Shown here piece by piece: positions 28,301-42,780 of a stretch of 64,000 nt of DNA. How positions within the stretch are numbered: the stretch's first letter is position 1; each line of letters starts with the position of its first letter. The notes beneath the pieces are model-generated. The model was not told the DNA's origin. It saw only the letters and a program-made list of their open reading frames with translations, and made no database searches. Position numbers and translations under genes: made by a program. The stretch is from Octopus sinensis (lineage: Eukaryota), in contig NC_042997.1 of the NCBI RefSeq assembly GCF_006345805.1, positions 68,696,001 to 68,760,000 of the forward strand, given 5' to 3'.

Positions 28301-28882
28301 TCACCTATAAAACGATCGATACGTCAACCTACTTATCTATATAGTTATTGATCATGTATTCTATTTACATCCACCTAATTTTAACTACAACTTTGACACG
28401 TATAAGCAGAATATCCACAATTATCCTCATGAATATATATCTGTATAAAATATACTGGGAAAGTAGGAAATAAGCAACCAGTAAGCTGCAACAGCCGCAA
28501 CTTACTCCCGATTTACTTGATTCATTTCGTTTAAGTTTGCTCCTCCTGAAACACTGGGGAAAGTCGTAAAAGCCACGAGGTCAATTTACTACTGCATTGA
28601 TTTATAAATTTGTATAAAACAAAAAGATAAAATAGAAAAAGCAAACAAATAGATGTTTTATGATCTTTGTTTATGGTTTCGGGTTCAACCTCAACGCGGC
28701 ACATTAGTCACATATCTTCTTCTATAGCACCTAGTCCATCAATTCGTTTTGAACGAATTTTGTAGACGGAAACTATGTGGAGCCCGTCGTATATATATAT
28801 ATATATATATATATGTAGGTCCCGTGTTGAGTCGGGGTTAACCACAGTAAATAAGGTACTCAATACATAGCAGAGTAAATTA

Positions 28883-29007
28883 ATTTATTTTATAGAAGGA
28901 GCTTCTACAGGACTAGAACTGTTTCATTCAAAAGAAATCATCAGGAGCTTCCTGATGATTTCTTTTGAATGAAACAGTTCTAGTCCTGTAGAAGCTCCTT
29001 CTATAAA

Positions 29008-29013
<6 letters not shown>
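28883..29013. repeat. Perfect palindrome, 64-bp arms, 3-nt spacer
   Basis: 28883-28946 is the exact reverse complement of 28950-29013, and the right arm runs directly into (TA)n. Confidence 0.97.
28945..28997 (+). ncRNA. Type I hammerhead ribozyme motif (Penelope-type, short)
   Basis: GAGCTTC-CTGATGA-T-TTC-TTTT-GAA-T-GAAACAG-TTCTAGTC-CTGT-A-GAAGCTC. It has a 7-bp stem I, an intact core, stem III ACAG/CUGU and a GUA cleavage triplet (cut after 28990). The 10.1/11.1 position is a non-canonical U-U. Confidence 0.75.
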
Positions 29014-29048
<35 letters not shown>

Positions 29049-29076
29049 TATATACACACACATATATATATATATT

Positions 29077-29121
<45 letters not shown>

Positions 29122-29223
29122 CACATATATAATACATACACACACACATACACACATATATATATACACACACATATATATATATATATACATATATATA
29201 TACACATATATAATACATACACA

Positions 29224-29261
<38 letters not shown>

Positions 29262-31384
29262 CAAATAATTATATATATATATATTCTAAACAAAACTGTC
29301 CAACGAATGGGCACGCGAAACTCTGTGTAACAGTTGTTTGTGATATTTTTGTTATTTTCAATAAAGTATATATATATATATAACTACGATAGTAGTTCAA
29401 TAATATTCTTAAGGCCACAATTTACTCTCACGCCGCATATTTTAGGGCTTGTTGGTAATTCAGTTCTCAACCTGATTAAGAATTGTTAACGTATTTGAAG
29501 AGAGTTGGTCCCTAGCGACATTTTGGCATAAAAAATTGAGATTTGTTCCAGTAGAAAAAAGTTTACATCAAAATTTGTAGCAACGTTATAGGAGAGTAAG
29601 TAATGTCACCAATCAGGTTTAGATCTAAAAAAAACGTTTTTCTCATTTTAAAAAGAAAATATATCTTACTTAGCTTCAATGATAGAAGAAAACATAAAGA
29701 ATTTCATAGTTTTTGTTCCATGCAACAAACATTTGTATCCGAAAAGTTGTGAGGTAAATTTTCATGAAAAAATTATAAGGCAAAAAATTGGATTTAAGTA
29801 TAATTAACTTTTTTATTTAAAAGAAAAAAAACTATATTTTAATTAAGCTTAAATAATAGAGTTCAATTCTAGGCATTTCATGGTACGAATTTCATGCAAT
29901 AAACATTCAAAAGAAAAAAGTTATGAGTGTTTGTTTCTCAAATTTGAGGGTGATAATTTTTAATAATATATGACACCGGCATCATTGAGGTAAGGGAAAA
30001 ATTATCAACCACACTGCTAATTGACGCATTTAACACATTATTAATTAAAATAATAGCATGGCGTGGAAACCTGCAAAAACAATTACTACTAAGTACACAA
30101 AATAATCTGTTCCCTTAATAACTAACAAGATCATTCTAAGTCTTAAGTGATACTAGTACTATAGTCAACGCACACTCTACTGTAATGTACCGTAAGATTT
30201 TAAGATCTCTCACCTAGAAAATACTTTAGTAAGGACTACTTGAATCCTCAGTTCGCTTTACCCTCCCACATTTGTAAAACTATCGTTTCCAGTTGGCTAC
30301 GTGACACAAGCCAACTTAAGTTTTCAAACAGGGGAGATAAGCACCTCCACCCAGGAGAGCCAGCATCTAGAGACTAGTTCCAGACTTATTGCTCTTCATC
30401 TTTCTTGAGTAGCTTAGCTTGCTAGCTGTCGATGCTTTTTCTCCTTTGAAAACTTATAGAATTTCAAGTGAAATAAATTCACTGATCTACAAAATTAGAA
30501 ATATTGCATTTCTAAATCTGCCAGAAAGACTTATACAGTAGTAGTACGATAAGTACTAGGGTTGGGTTGATTTCTTCGATGAAACGATCTAAGAGAGTAC
30601 CCCAGCGTAGTCCAGTTAGTACAAGTAAAATCAAAATTTAAAAAACAAACAGTATCTAACGTTCTTTCCTTTTTACGGCATACACAAGAGATATTAATTA
30701 TGGGTAGTTGAATTAATCGTGAATCAAGGTAACGGGCGTATCACGAATTGTTCGGTTTGTTGACTGAAGAAAATAGAGTTGTTTACAAACAATTTCAAAC
30801 GGGAATTTTGTCTCTTGTTTACGATAAGTGCACTGTTCAATCAAATGATAGGCTCATTATATTTTCATTCCTTCAATTGTTCCATTCTTTGAAATCTGAT
30901 TACACCAAGGCATCATCTGCAAGGGTTAGAATGTATTTTACCGAACTTGGCACTTATTTCCTCAGTCTGTTTCTTATTTTTCTGATACTTCATTGTTTTT
31001 GTTGTTATTGTTGCTACGATTGTGGTAATTGTTTTTCCTATCATAACTGTTGTCTTTGTTATCACTATCGTCTAAGTTTTTGTTGTTGCTTAACATTGTG
31101 ACACCTTAATTAACAAGATTTTTTGATCAAAGGTGCTGCTGTCTTGACTGTTCTCTTTATTCAAGAGTACTATAACACGGGCATTTTTTATTTCTCTTTT
31201 TAAAGATGATGTAAGGTGCTCGCGTTATTCACAAGATTTATCAGCTATTTTGAGGAAATTTAAAATTTGTATAGAGACTTTCATAAATTCGTCTATGAGA
31301 TGTGTATGTGTTTGTCAGTTTCTATTAGATCGTATGTATAAAAGTAACAATATATTTATATTTTGTTTCTGTATATTTTGGCAG

Positions 31385-31578
31385 GCGCGTTGGTGTTGTC
31401 ACAAGAAAAACGACTTATAAAAACTTTGATCGAGCAATACCAAACCTCAGGTAAGACAGGCAGACCGGTGAACGACCCAAATGAAACAATTACAGTAGAA
31501 TACGGAGTAAGCTTAATTCAGATCCTGGATTTAGACGAAAGAAACCAAATATTATCAATAAATGTCTGGATCACTTAC
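31385..31578 (+). CDS. nAChR-family alpha subunit, N-terminal exon (helix alpha1 to loop D)
   Basis: Acceptor TATTTTGGCAG at 31384 and donor GTAAGT at 31579. Encodes (G)ALVLSQEKRLIKTLIEQYQTSGKTGRPVNDPNETITVEYGVSLIQILDLDERNQILSINVWITY, with the typical EKRL..L, RPV, LIQILDLDE.NQ and NVW motifs. Confidence 0.95.
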
Positions 31579-32269
31579 GTAAGTTATTTTACGTTTATTA
31601 TAGAATTATTGATAGGTGAAAAATGCCTTTGAAGAAAGCGCTCGTGTTGTAGACATTGAAATACGTGTTTTCCTGAATTCTATTTTCAAATTTTTGCACA
31701 AGGCCAGTAATTTCGGGGAAGGGGTAATTCTATTTCATCCACGCTAGTGGTCATAGTGTTGTCTACATTTGCATTGTTGGCAATGGTGTTAATATTGTGG
31801 TAGCATCGTTGGTTATTTGTCCTTGTAGTAGTCGTTGACAAGGTGGTAACTGACAATGACAACAAAACTAATCGAGGCAAGCGATAGAGACGTCGGCAGC
31901 TCTGACGGCGACTGACATGGTACTAGTAGGCAACAGAGCCAATCACCGACCTAGTGACGGTGATATTGATCGTGGTCACAACGATGAGGTGGCAGTTAGT
32001 AATTTATAGGAGTCACCGGCCACACACACATATACACACACGTACACACACACGCGCACATACACAGTCCAGCGCGCGCGCACACGCACACACACAATGT
32101 TTCAAAAATTCAACAGGAACACAACAAATGGAAAATTCACATAAAAATCGTTGCAAATTCCTCATCAGTAACCGTCCAAATGATCATAACAATTTCGCGT
32201 CTATAACGATGAGAGGGAGGAGGAGCTACAGACTTGTGACATAGAGGGAAACTGGAAATTCCTACGTGA

Positions 32270-32635
32270 CAGCTTACTGAGCGCCATAGACCAAATCTGC
32301 GGCTGATGCAAAGTCCCTTCCAGACCAAGGGTAAGTTGGTGTTGGAATAATACTGTAGACAGGGCCATTAGAGAAAAGAAACAGACCTAGAAAACCTGGA
32401 AGAGTGGGCTTAGCATGGAAATGTACCAGATAGCCAGAAGGGAGGCTGGGAGACGGGTATACATAGCCAAGGAAGAAGCAGAGAAGAATAAGTTTGCCAG
32501 TGTTCAGCGACACGAGGACCAAAGAACTAAAGTATTTCGGATTGTAAGACAGTGTGTGAGAGAAAATTATGATGTTACAGGAGAGAAATGTGTCCGCTTG
32601 GATGATGGTGCACTTGCTTTTAATGATGTGTAAAT
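32270..32635 (+). mobile_element. RTE-like LINE fragment (linker between endonuclease and RT)
   Basis: YQIARREAGRRVYIAKEEAEKNKFASVQRHEDQRTKVFRIVRQCVRENYDVTGEKCVRLDDG resembles the pre-RT region of RTE-clade ORFs; isolated and truncated. Confidence 0.6.
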
Positions 32636-33399
32636 ATGAAAATTAAGTGAGCATATGTGTGAGTGCGCCATGGTATTTGTGTTTGGGTGTGTACGTGTGT
32701 GTGGACCTGTGTTTATGCGTGTGTATGTGAGACTGTCTAACGTATACGTGTGTGTGTGTGAGGCTATCAGATGTGTGTCTGTAGCAGCTAATGTTTGCAT
32801 GTTTGTGTGTGTTCTTCTGTCGTTCATTTTAGGTATGTGTGTGTTTGCATGTGTGTATGTGAGTGCGTAAGAGGAAGTGTGACATATGCATGCGTGTGTG
32901 TGTATAATATATGTGCTGCACTATTACGTGCCGTATGTATTATGTATGCTACTGCGTGTGTATGTATGTGGGGGAATGAGCGTGTCCCTAATTTCAGTCG
33001 TTGCGCTTATGTGGGGCCGTTGGATAAGATGTGTGTGTGTGTATAAAGTTGAAATCTAGGTACATTGTATTTGGACGTGTAAGGGCGCTTATATGTGTGT
33101 GTGAGGTTATCTTATGTACTTGTAGTTGTAATGTGATATATATGGGTCGACCATGATGGAGGAGTCAGGTGGAATAAGGGTGACAAAAGAGGTAGGTATT
33201 AGGTGTATCCGTGCATGACTATATAAAACCCTGTAGGTGTATCTGTGCATGGCTATATAATACTCTATAGGTGTGGGAAAGGAAGTGGGTGTTTTCGTGC
33301 GTTTGGAGTGGGAGAAGTGCGCGCGTGTGTGCGCACCTGTGTGTAGGTTTAATTATACGCTGTAGAGGCATAATATTGTGTGTTGAGTGGATGATGAGT

Positions 33400-33870
33400 T
33401 AAACGTGTAGAAATGGAGGGTGGGTGGAGAAAAGGCAGTGGAATGTGGAAGGTGTGTGTAAATGTGCGTGGAAATGGGTTTAGGTAGGTGAAAAATTTAG
33501 ACTATAAGTGAATGAGCAACGGTGAGAGAAACGAAGTTTCAATGGAGGTGAGAGTGCGAGTGACATCTGTGCAATATCAGTTCGAATACAAACAGATGTT
33601 GCAGGGAATAACCAGTCAAGGAGAAGTAGAGCGAGACAGGAGGGTCTTTGTAGAGTCTAATGTTCCGGAGATGTCTGTCAATCCGAACAGCTAAATGCCG
33701 ACCAGTTTGGCCAATGTACAAGGAATGACAGAGAGGTCAGAGGATGAAGTAGTTTGAATGACTGGAGGAGCAAGTTATATTAAGAAGGGTTTTATTTTTG
33801 TTTTTCTAATTTTAAAGACAATGGAGTGGTGCGGGATTTATTATTTTTGGTAACTGTTTCCAAATGTTAT
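33400..33870 (-). mobile_element. Penelope-like GIY-YIG endonuclease fragment
   Basis: MYIGQTGRHLAVRIDRHLRNIR matches the YIGQT.R.L..R..EH motif. Confidence 0.75.
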
Positions 33871-34716
33871 TTTTCATTGTTTATAATGGAACAGTTTCAC
33901 CGTGATCGACTTTGTTTTTCATCCCTTCGAGTGTCGACAAAATAAGAACTAGAACAATTTCACCACTTGGGTACGTGGTGCAGTGCCATGTTTTTCGATA
34001 ATTAATTTCCAGGACCTAGTCCATAAATGCCCTGAAAATAAAAGAAAAGTGTTAAAAAATAAACGAATTATCAAAGATTGCGATCCTCGGTGACTTTTGG
34101 GACCCCTATATATTGATTGGCTGACTTTGTTGCAAAGATGAATAATGAAAACAAAGGAAAAAAATCTGTTCCATATATCATACTAATTCCACTTTAAAGA
34201 ACTATATTGCAGCAATTTCAATATAACCCAAAAGAATACGCGGGTGTAAATCACTTTGCTAAATTTTCATTATTCTCCAAGGCAAATTCGCCCCATTCTC
34301 CTGGGATAAAGTTTTGCATGGTATCACACACACACAAACAAACAAGCACAGACACACACACACACAAAACGCATGCTCAAATAAGCATAAATATCTGTTC
34401 ACCAGCAACAGCCTTCTCTAGGAAGCATATAAAATCATGTTCATATTAAAACAACACAATATTACAATTATTGACATATAACGATCTAAATTCATATCCC
34501 CGATCATTTATATATCATGAACTAAATTTTCTAATGCATCACTTGAAACAGGAAAGAGACTGGCTGCTATTTCAGAGGAACGAATCGAGGTTCCAGATAT
34601 GTACAAAATTATTTAACTTATAGATTTGTCAATCGGGAAAGTATACGCACAAGAAAACCTGTCTTCACCCATAAATAATATGCATATATGAGAACGTATA
34701 AATACATACATACTTG

Positions 34717-34786
<70 letters not shown>

Positions 34787-34979
34787 TATATATATATATT
34801 AAGGTGGCTGTTTGCAATTTACAATCAAAAGGCAACGAGTATAGTCGTCATTAAAGTGATGTGGGGTGCTAGCCAGCACCACAGTTACCAGACTTAAGAG
34901 TCAAAACAACTTTTAGCCACCTGAGAGCACTTTTCTAACAAGTGACGAGGGAGACAAGCTCCCTAGGGTAAGCGAGATG

Positions 34980-35029
34980 GAATGATATCAGCTCTGATTT
35001 CAGATTTAGTTAATCTTCATCAGTGACCC
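34980..35029 (-). ncRNA. Type I hammerhead ribozyme motif within a 324-nt repeat unit
   Basis: Minus strand reads GGGTCA-CTGATGA-AGAT-TAACTAA-ATCT-GAAATCAG-AG-CTGAT-A-TCATTC. It has an intact core, 4-bp stem II, near-palindromic stem III and an AUA triplet; stem I has one C-C mismatch. Confidence 0.7.
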
Positions 35030-36272
35030 ATTACTCCGTCGCCGAGAGTTAAAGAATTTAACTGTCAGTCTTAGGAAACATATGAAACATTGACTGCTTC
35101 CAACAATGGTGAAGTGAGAATTATAAGGTGGCTATTTGCAATTTCCATCGGAAAGGTAACAAGTTTAGTCGTGACAATGGAATATAATTTTTTCGAATTT
35201 TAACACAAGTCTAGAATTTCGGGGGAAGTGATGAGTTCATTGAATCGACCCCAGTGCTCAACTAGTACTTATTTTGTCGACACTCCAAGGGTTGAAAGAC
35301 AAAGTCGATCACGGCGGAATTTGAACTCAGAACATAAAGACGTACGGAATACCACTAAATATATTACCCGGCGTGCTAATGATTCTGCCAGTTCACGGTA
35401 ATAATATAAATGATGTTAACTGATAAACAGATCAAAATTAGTGACTAATAAAAGGAAAATAAATAATTCATTCTGTGGTCGTCTTGGTATTTGTTAGTTT
35501 TGAAAGCTATGCACGTCTTAGTGATGCTGTGAGACTGCTATGACTCCTGTGACCTTCTACCTCACACCGGTTTACATTTATATATATATATATTTCCTTC
35601 ATTTCATTCACTTCATCTTCTCCTCAGGCTTTTTCTCTCCTTGCGCTTATACAATAGAATATGACGAAACATCCAATAACTATTACATTTCATTACAAAC
35701 ATCAGTTTTCTTCCACTGCAAGATATCAAATATTCAAGAGCCATGTTTAAACTGAATTTTCGTATTCTCTCGCTATACACTGTCTTGAGGCAGTGAAGTA
35801 TTTCGTTGCATATTGACGTTCCATTTGATACACGAATTCCGAGTAACGCCAACAATCTAGGCAATCTAGTTTGTATTTTTTTTTGTAATTTTCTTTGTAC
35901 TCACGCGAATCGTTAATGAATTCAACATCACTAGTGTAGTGATAAATATTTACACATGACTAGCGTAGTAATAAATATGTGCCATCCGCAAATCCCAAAT
36001 TTTCTTTAATTTACTTTGCAATTGTTTTGACGATGGCACATCTTGTTGTAAATGCTCGAAATGTGGAGTAGATAAAACAGCCGACAACTGATGAAGGGTC
36101 GTTCATTATTCTCTTGTTTTCCATTTGTTTCTTTCGTTGTTCGCAAAAAAGTTCGTATTCCATGTTTTCGTATTTCGTATTTCATGTTGTTTATGTTCTA
36201 TGATGTCCTGTACCCATATATGTATGTATATACACATATATGTATGTACATATATGTATGTATATATGCATA

Positions 36273-36313
<41 letters not shown>

Positions 36314-36754
36314 ATTAGGGCTTAGTAAAATAAATTACTTTGCCACATACTGAACTTAGTAGAAATAGCATTTCTACTACTTAAAGAAAATTTCTCTCAG
36401 ATAATGTTTACTCCAGACAGCTCACGAAGGTTTGGGGGTAAATACAGAAAAATATCACAAGTACATAGATCGTTTGAGTACGTCAACGTTTCAAGATTAG
36501 CCAAATAAAATCAGCATTTCTTTCGTCAGCTCAAAATTTCTTAATTTGGATTTGGAAACACTAAAAAAGAAGGAACTTTACCTATCAGCGAACTTGTCGC
36601 TTCAGATGAACCACTCCAACTAACAGTGTCAACAAATTCAAAATGCGCAGGCGTAAAATTCTGCACTCCCCATTCTACCCACGTGGTCTATCTAGCAAAC
36701 ATTATATTTTAACCGCGAGAACCGAGGCAGTATGACCGAGAGAAATGAATTATA

Positions 36755-36945
36755 ATATCAACAATTGAGGGTAAAATTAATTAATTAATCAATTTCACCA
36801 AGTGTTCAGTATGTAAAAGGACCATTTAAGGCGAATTCAAAATATTACATTGTAATATTTTGAATTCGCCTTAAATGGTCCTTTTACATACTGAACACTT
36901 GGTGAAATTGATTAATTAATTAATTTTACCCTCAATTGTTGATAT
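36755..36945. repeat. Perfect palindrome, 95-bp arms, 1-nt spacer
   Basis: 36755-36849 is the exact reverse complement of 36851-36945. It ends a ~630-bp unit (from ~36315) flanked by (TA)n on both sides. Confidence 0.97.
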
Positions 36946-36960
36946 ATATATATAATATAT

Positions 36961-36992
<32 letters not shown>

Positions 36993-37047
36993 ATACATAT
37001 ATATATTCATATATATATTATATTATATATATTATGTATATATATAT

Positions 37048-37094
<47 letters not shown>

Positions 37095-37167
37095 GGCGGT
37101 ACATCAGCATGGCCACAGCTCTGAGCTGAAACTAGAGAGAATAAAAAATATATTCATATATATATAT

Positions 37168-37871
37168 GACGAGAAAAATATGTTGAATCAAATTATACTT
37201 AATACAAAATAGGATTCAATACATGCGTGCGTTTCAAAGGACAATGCAAATATGTAAGAAAAGATTATAACCATAGTAATTATAATTAAATTTATTCATC
37301 GTCATTTTCATCAGTGTGAAGAATTTTTGAAAGGACATCAAAAGAGGTTTAATAAAATAATGTAAATTAAAATAAGATGCAGTAAGGGAGAATACGAGTG
37401 GGGTAATAGGGAATAAAATCGGATATTTGCAAGCAAGTTTTAAAAGGGGAAATAATAACATTAGTGATGATAGTAAGAGAGACGAAAGGGAAAAAAGACA
37501 GATATATTAATGTGTATGCACGTTTATATGTGCGGTAAACTATAACATACAAATAAGAATAAAAAGCTAACAGGATGTTTTAAAAAATGGTAACAGAACG
37601 AGACAAAGTATAATAAAACTAGTCCACCTGCTACGTAATATTCTACTATACACACGTGGCCTAGTTTATTATGCTTTATGCTTTGCCTCGACTATTTTGA
37701 AGTCCTTACAAAAGTTCTTCACACTGATGAAAATGATAATGCATAAATTTAATTATAATTACTATGGTTATAATTTTTTCTTACATATGTGTATTGTCAT
37801 TTGAAATGCGCGTATGTATTGAATCCTATTTTGTATTAAATCTAATATTGCTTCAACAACCTTTTCTCCTC
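37168..37871. mobile_element. Foldback/MITE-like element with ~170-bp imperfect terminal arms and an inner inverted repeat
   Basis: ...TTAATACAAAATAGGATTCAATACAT...TTTTCATCAGTGTGAAGAA is mirrored by TTCTTCACACTGATGAAAA...ATGTATTGAATCCTATTTTGTATTAA. Inner IR is ATAATAAAACTAGTCCAC / GTGGCCTAGTTTATTAT. Confidence 0.8.
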
Positions 37872-38105
37872 CATTTTTCTATAATTGTATTTTTGTACAT
37901 ATAACGATATTTTTGAACTGCTATTTTCATAGCATTATTACTTGCACTGGCTGTTTTTTATGAATAAAACGAATCTTTATTGGAAATCATTCTTTCTCTC
38001 TTTTTGGACGTCTCAAAAAGTTTGAATTGTTCTCTTTTGAACTTACTTTCCCCCACATATGGATTTAATAAATGTCGTATATATGTGTAAATAAGTATGT
38101 ATAAC

Positions 38106-38159
<54 letters not shown>

Positions 38160-38269
38160 GAAATGAAATAATATGGGTGAAAATCGAATGATAAATTGAT
38201 TATTACCAATTTAAAACCAGTGGCCTAGCATACTGAAAAATCTGAAGATCCAGAAAAAATATATTACAT

Positions 38270-38473
38270 ACATATAAGAGGGATGACCACTAAGTGGACA
38301 GCAAGACAAATGGAATGATACAAAATATATTTTGTATATTTTCATTTGTCTTGCTTGCTTACATTTTAGCATTTGCTGAATTTTCTTGAGAACAATTTTT
38401 TCTTAGTGGTCAGACCATATGGGGTCTACATCGAGCATAATGGATGTCCACTTAGTGGTCATCCCTCTTATAT

Positions 38474-38475
<2 letters not shown>
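38270..38475. repeat. Small element with perfect 31-bp terminal inverted repeat and nested hairpin
   Basis: ACATATAAGAGGGATGACCACTAAGTGGACA (38270-38300) versus 38445-38475; nested AGCAAGACAAATG...CATTTGTCTTGCT; abuts (TA)n. Confidence 0.9.
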
Positions 38476-38515
<40 letters not shown>

Positions 38516-39409
38516 TATAGATAGCTATATAGATATATGCGCGTGTCTGTGTGTGCGTGAGTATGCATGCATGTGTGAGAGTTTGTGTACATACATCGCG
38601 TGTGAAAACAGGGAAGAACGTAAGACTTCTGGTATCGAACAGCTATTGAAAGTAAAAGAACAGAATCTCTTGTCTTCAATCGATACCAATAGAATTGATC
38701 AATTTATCTATACGTGACTTATTCTTTGATATTAATTGTTGTTATGAGAAACGGCAAAGAGGTTTCAATTGTTTAATCACAAAGTTTGTCATAAATTTCA
38801 AAGTGGTTCGAACCTTCTATATATTTGGATGCATTTCTATTCTGACTGCTTTGTTATTCTTCAACGAGAATATCTGAATTATCAAACCACAATATAACAA
38901 AACCAATTATTTTTATTTCAGACAATAGTATTCCAATTCTTGTTGTTCTATTGCACCTATGTTACTCCAACTAGAGTGTCATTAGTATTTATGAGCTTTA
39001 AATGATTGAATACGTTTTTTCATTTTAAATTCCGCCAAAATCATCTTGGCCATATCTCCGTTAGGGGTCAATAAAATAAATATCATTTGAGCACTGAGTT
39101 TGATGTAATCAAGTTACTTCCTTTGAATTACTGGCCTACTGCCAAAATTAGAAGTCAATATGTACAAGATTGAATGTATCTTGAACACTCAACTTCTATC
39201 ATTTGTTTATTGAAATCACTGGTTTCTAAGATTAAGGGGATGAGATACATAAGGTGATATGAAATAGAGTTCAGTGTCATAAGATATTTTCATTCAACGG
39301 CAGCAGTTTATCGGTTTCCTTGCCGATAAATATATCTTTTAGACACATAAATGAAATATATAAATACAAACATATACAAATACATAAACGCACACACACA
39401 ATCACGCAC

Positions 39410-39441
<32 letters not shown>

Positions 39442-39445
39442 ATAC

Positions 39446-39476
<31 letters not shown>

Positions 39477-39516
39477 CGTGCGCATATATATGTGCATATA
39501 TAAATATATATATATG

Positions 39517-41140
<1,624 letters not shown>

Positions 41141-42399
41141 CTTTTTCTTACAGATAAATCTGTTTTAATCCTTTGTAAATTATCCGACTAACTAACGACT
41201 TAATTCATGAAAAGCTTCTCTGTTACAAGTTGTGTAAAATAATATAATCTCATTTTTTTCTCATCGCTCTATCCTAGAAAACAATAGTAATAGTTCATAT
41301 TGGTGTGTGTAAATTTCGGTGGGCATCTTTTTTGAAAATGCTTTCGCATATATTTAGACTATTTAAAGCCAACGACGAGGAAGAGAACATGCTTTTTATC
41401 GGAAAGCAGGCAGCAAGTCAATCATGTTTCTTGTTTTGATACATTGATTATTTAAATATCGCTGGAAGATTATATTTGAATGCTTAAACGAAAGTATAAA
41501 TACGTACCTAATATATTAACGGTATTTATCATTATTTTCATCGGATTTGAGTAAATAGTGTATATAATAGTAATTTATTCTCAGGACTAGAATATCTAGG
41601 TTGCTTTTTTCTGTTATTGAATAAAAAATTCATTAATATAGTAATCATAAGAAAAAAATGGGATGGATGTACCAAGGTTAATTGCAAGCATCAATACTGA
41701 ATTACTCATTTACAAATAATGTTCTTTATGAGAGATTTTTAATATTAGTCTAGCAAGGACGAGACATAAATATTCACCTGCACATGATGCCATTCTATTT
41801 CTTCGCATTTCTGGGAAAATCTTATTCTCAAATGATTCACTTAGAATGTATCTGTATAAATTATGTGTTGTCTCTTTTAGTCTTAACTCTTTCATAACGT
41901 TTTCTTTTGGAAAAGTGGTAGTTAAATTTTGCAAGAAAGAATGCTCTATTATCAGGAGTTAGTAACAATTCAGTTACAACTTGTAATTTTAGAAAAAACT
42001 TTGTAAGGTTCCACTGCTTTGTAAGTTTTCACATACAAATAAATTCATAGAATGCTTCAACTAAATTACCAAGGTGTTTACAGTCAATTTGGTTTTCGAA
42101 ATGCTTTTTCAAAAGTGTTCTCCTGTTCATTGACTCTATCTGAAATAAACGCAGTCACTGTGATGTTGACTCCTATATTACATATATTTTTTTTTTCTGT
42201 TTTCAAAAAGAAATATGACAGGCCTGTGGTGCTTGAATTTTAAAATATATGAGTAATCTAGAAAACAAATAATTTTTGGCATATTTCTTCCTTAGCAGTC
42301 ATGTCAACACTGGTATTCTATAGCCTGTTAACTACAACGCGATATTGAATTTGAAGGTAGTCTCAGTGTAACATTTTCAAAACAGCTTCTAATCTCAGC

Positions 42400-42780
42400 C
42401 TTTTGGGTATCTATACTGTCTCTTTTGTTCAACAGGTATTTCATAGCTATTTCCTGCTCTTGGCGTACGTACGGAATATTTCTAATTCAATTATTTACTG
42501 CGATAGGTTCATCCGGCAGATCTAGTGTGGAATGCAACACATTCAGAACTGAATGTTTCTTCAAGAGTACTTACTCTATTCGTAATATGTTGCTTTTGAC
42601 GATTAAACATTTGGTTGGTGCATTCGTTAAACAGATGCTAAATCAGTGATATATGTCGCTCATATGACATTTATCATCTTCTTTCGGACGTAATGTTTCT
42701 CGATGACACAATTTCGCTGAAAGATTTCAGTTAGCGGCATAAGCATTCAATGGTGCACATTCCTTGTAGGATTCACTATA
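42400..42780 (-). mobile_element. Decayed hAT (Charlie/Buster-like) transposase remnant
   Basis: Minus frame KSNILRIE*...STLDLPDEPIAVNN*IRNIPYVRQEQEIAMKYLL resembles SN.TI.RRI...F.LQLDESTDV....LL.YVRY....I.E..LF; stops present. Confidence 0.4.

Noticed and set aside
36027-36070. TTGACGA-TGGCA...TGCTC-GAAATGTG, probable hammerhead remnant
   Set aside because: C3 is mutated, there is G at the cleavage position, and no stem I forms; non-functional.
36865-36930. CTGAACA-CTTGGT-GAAA inside the 95-bp palindrome as a hammerhead
   Set aside because: It lacks G8 needed to pair with C3, and there is no stem I partner.
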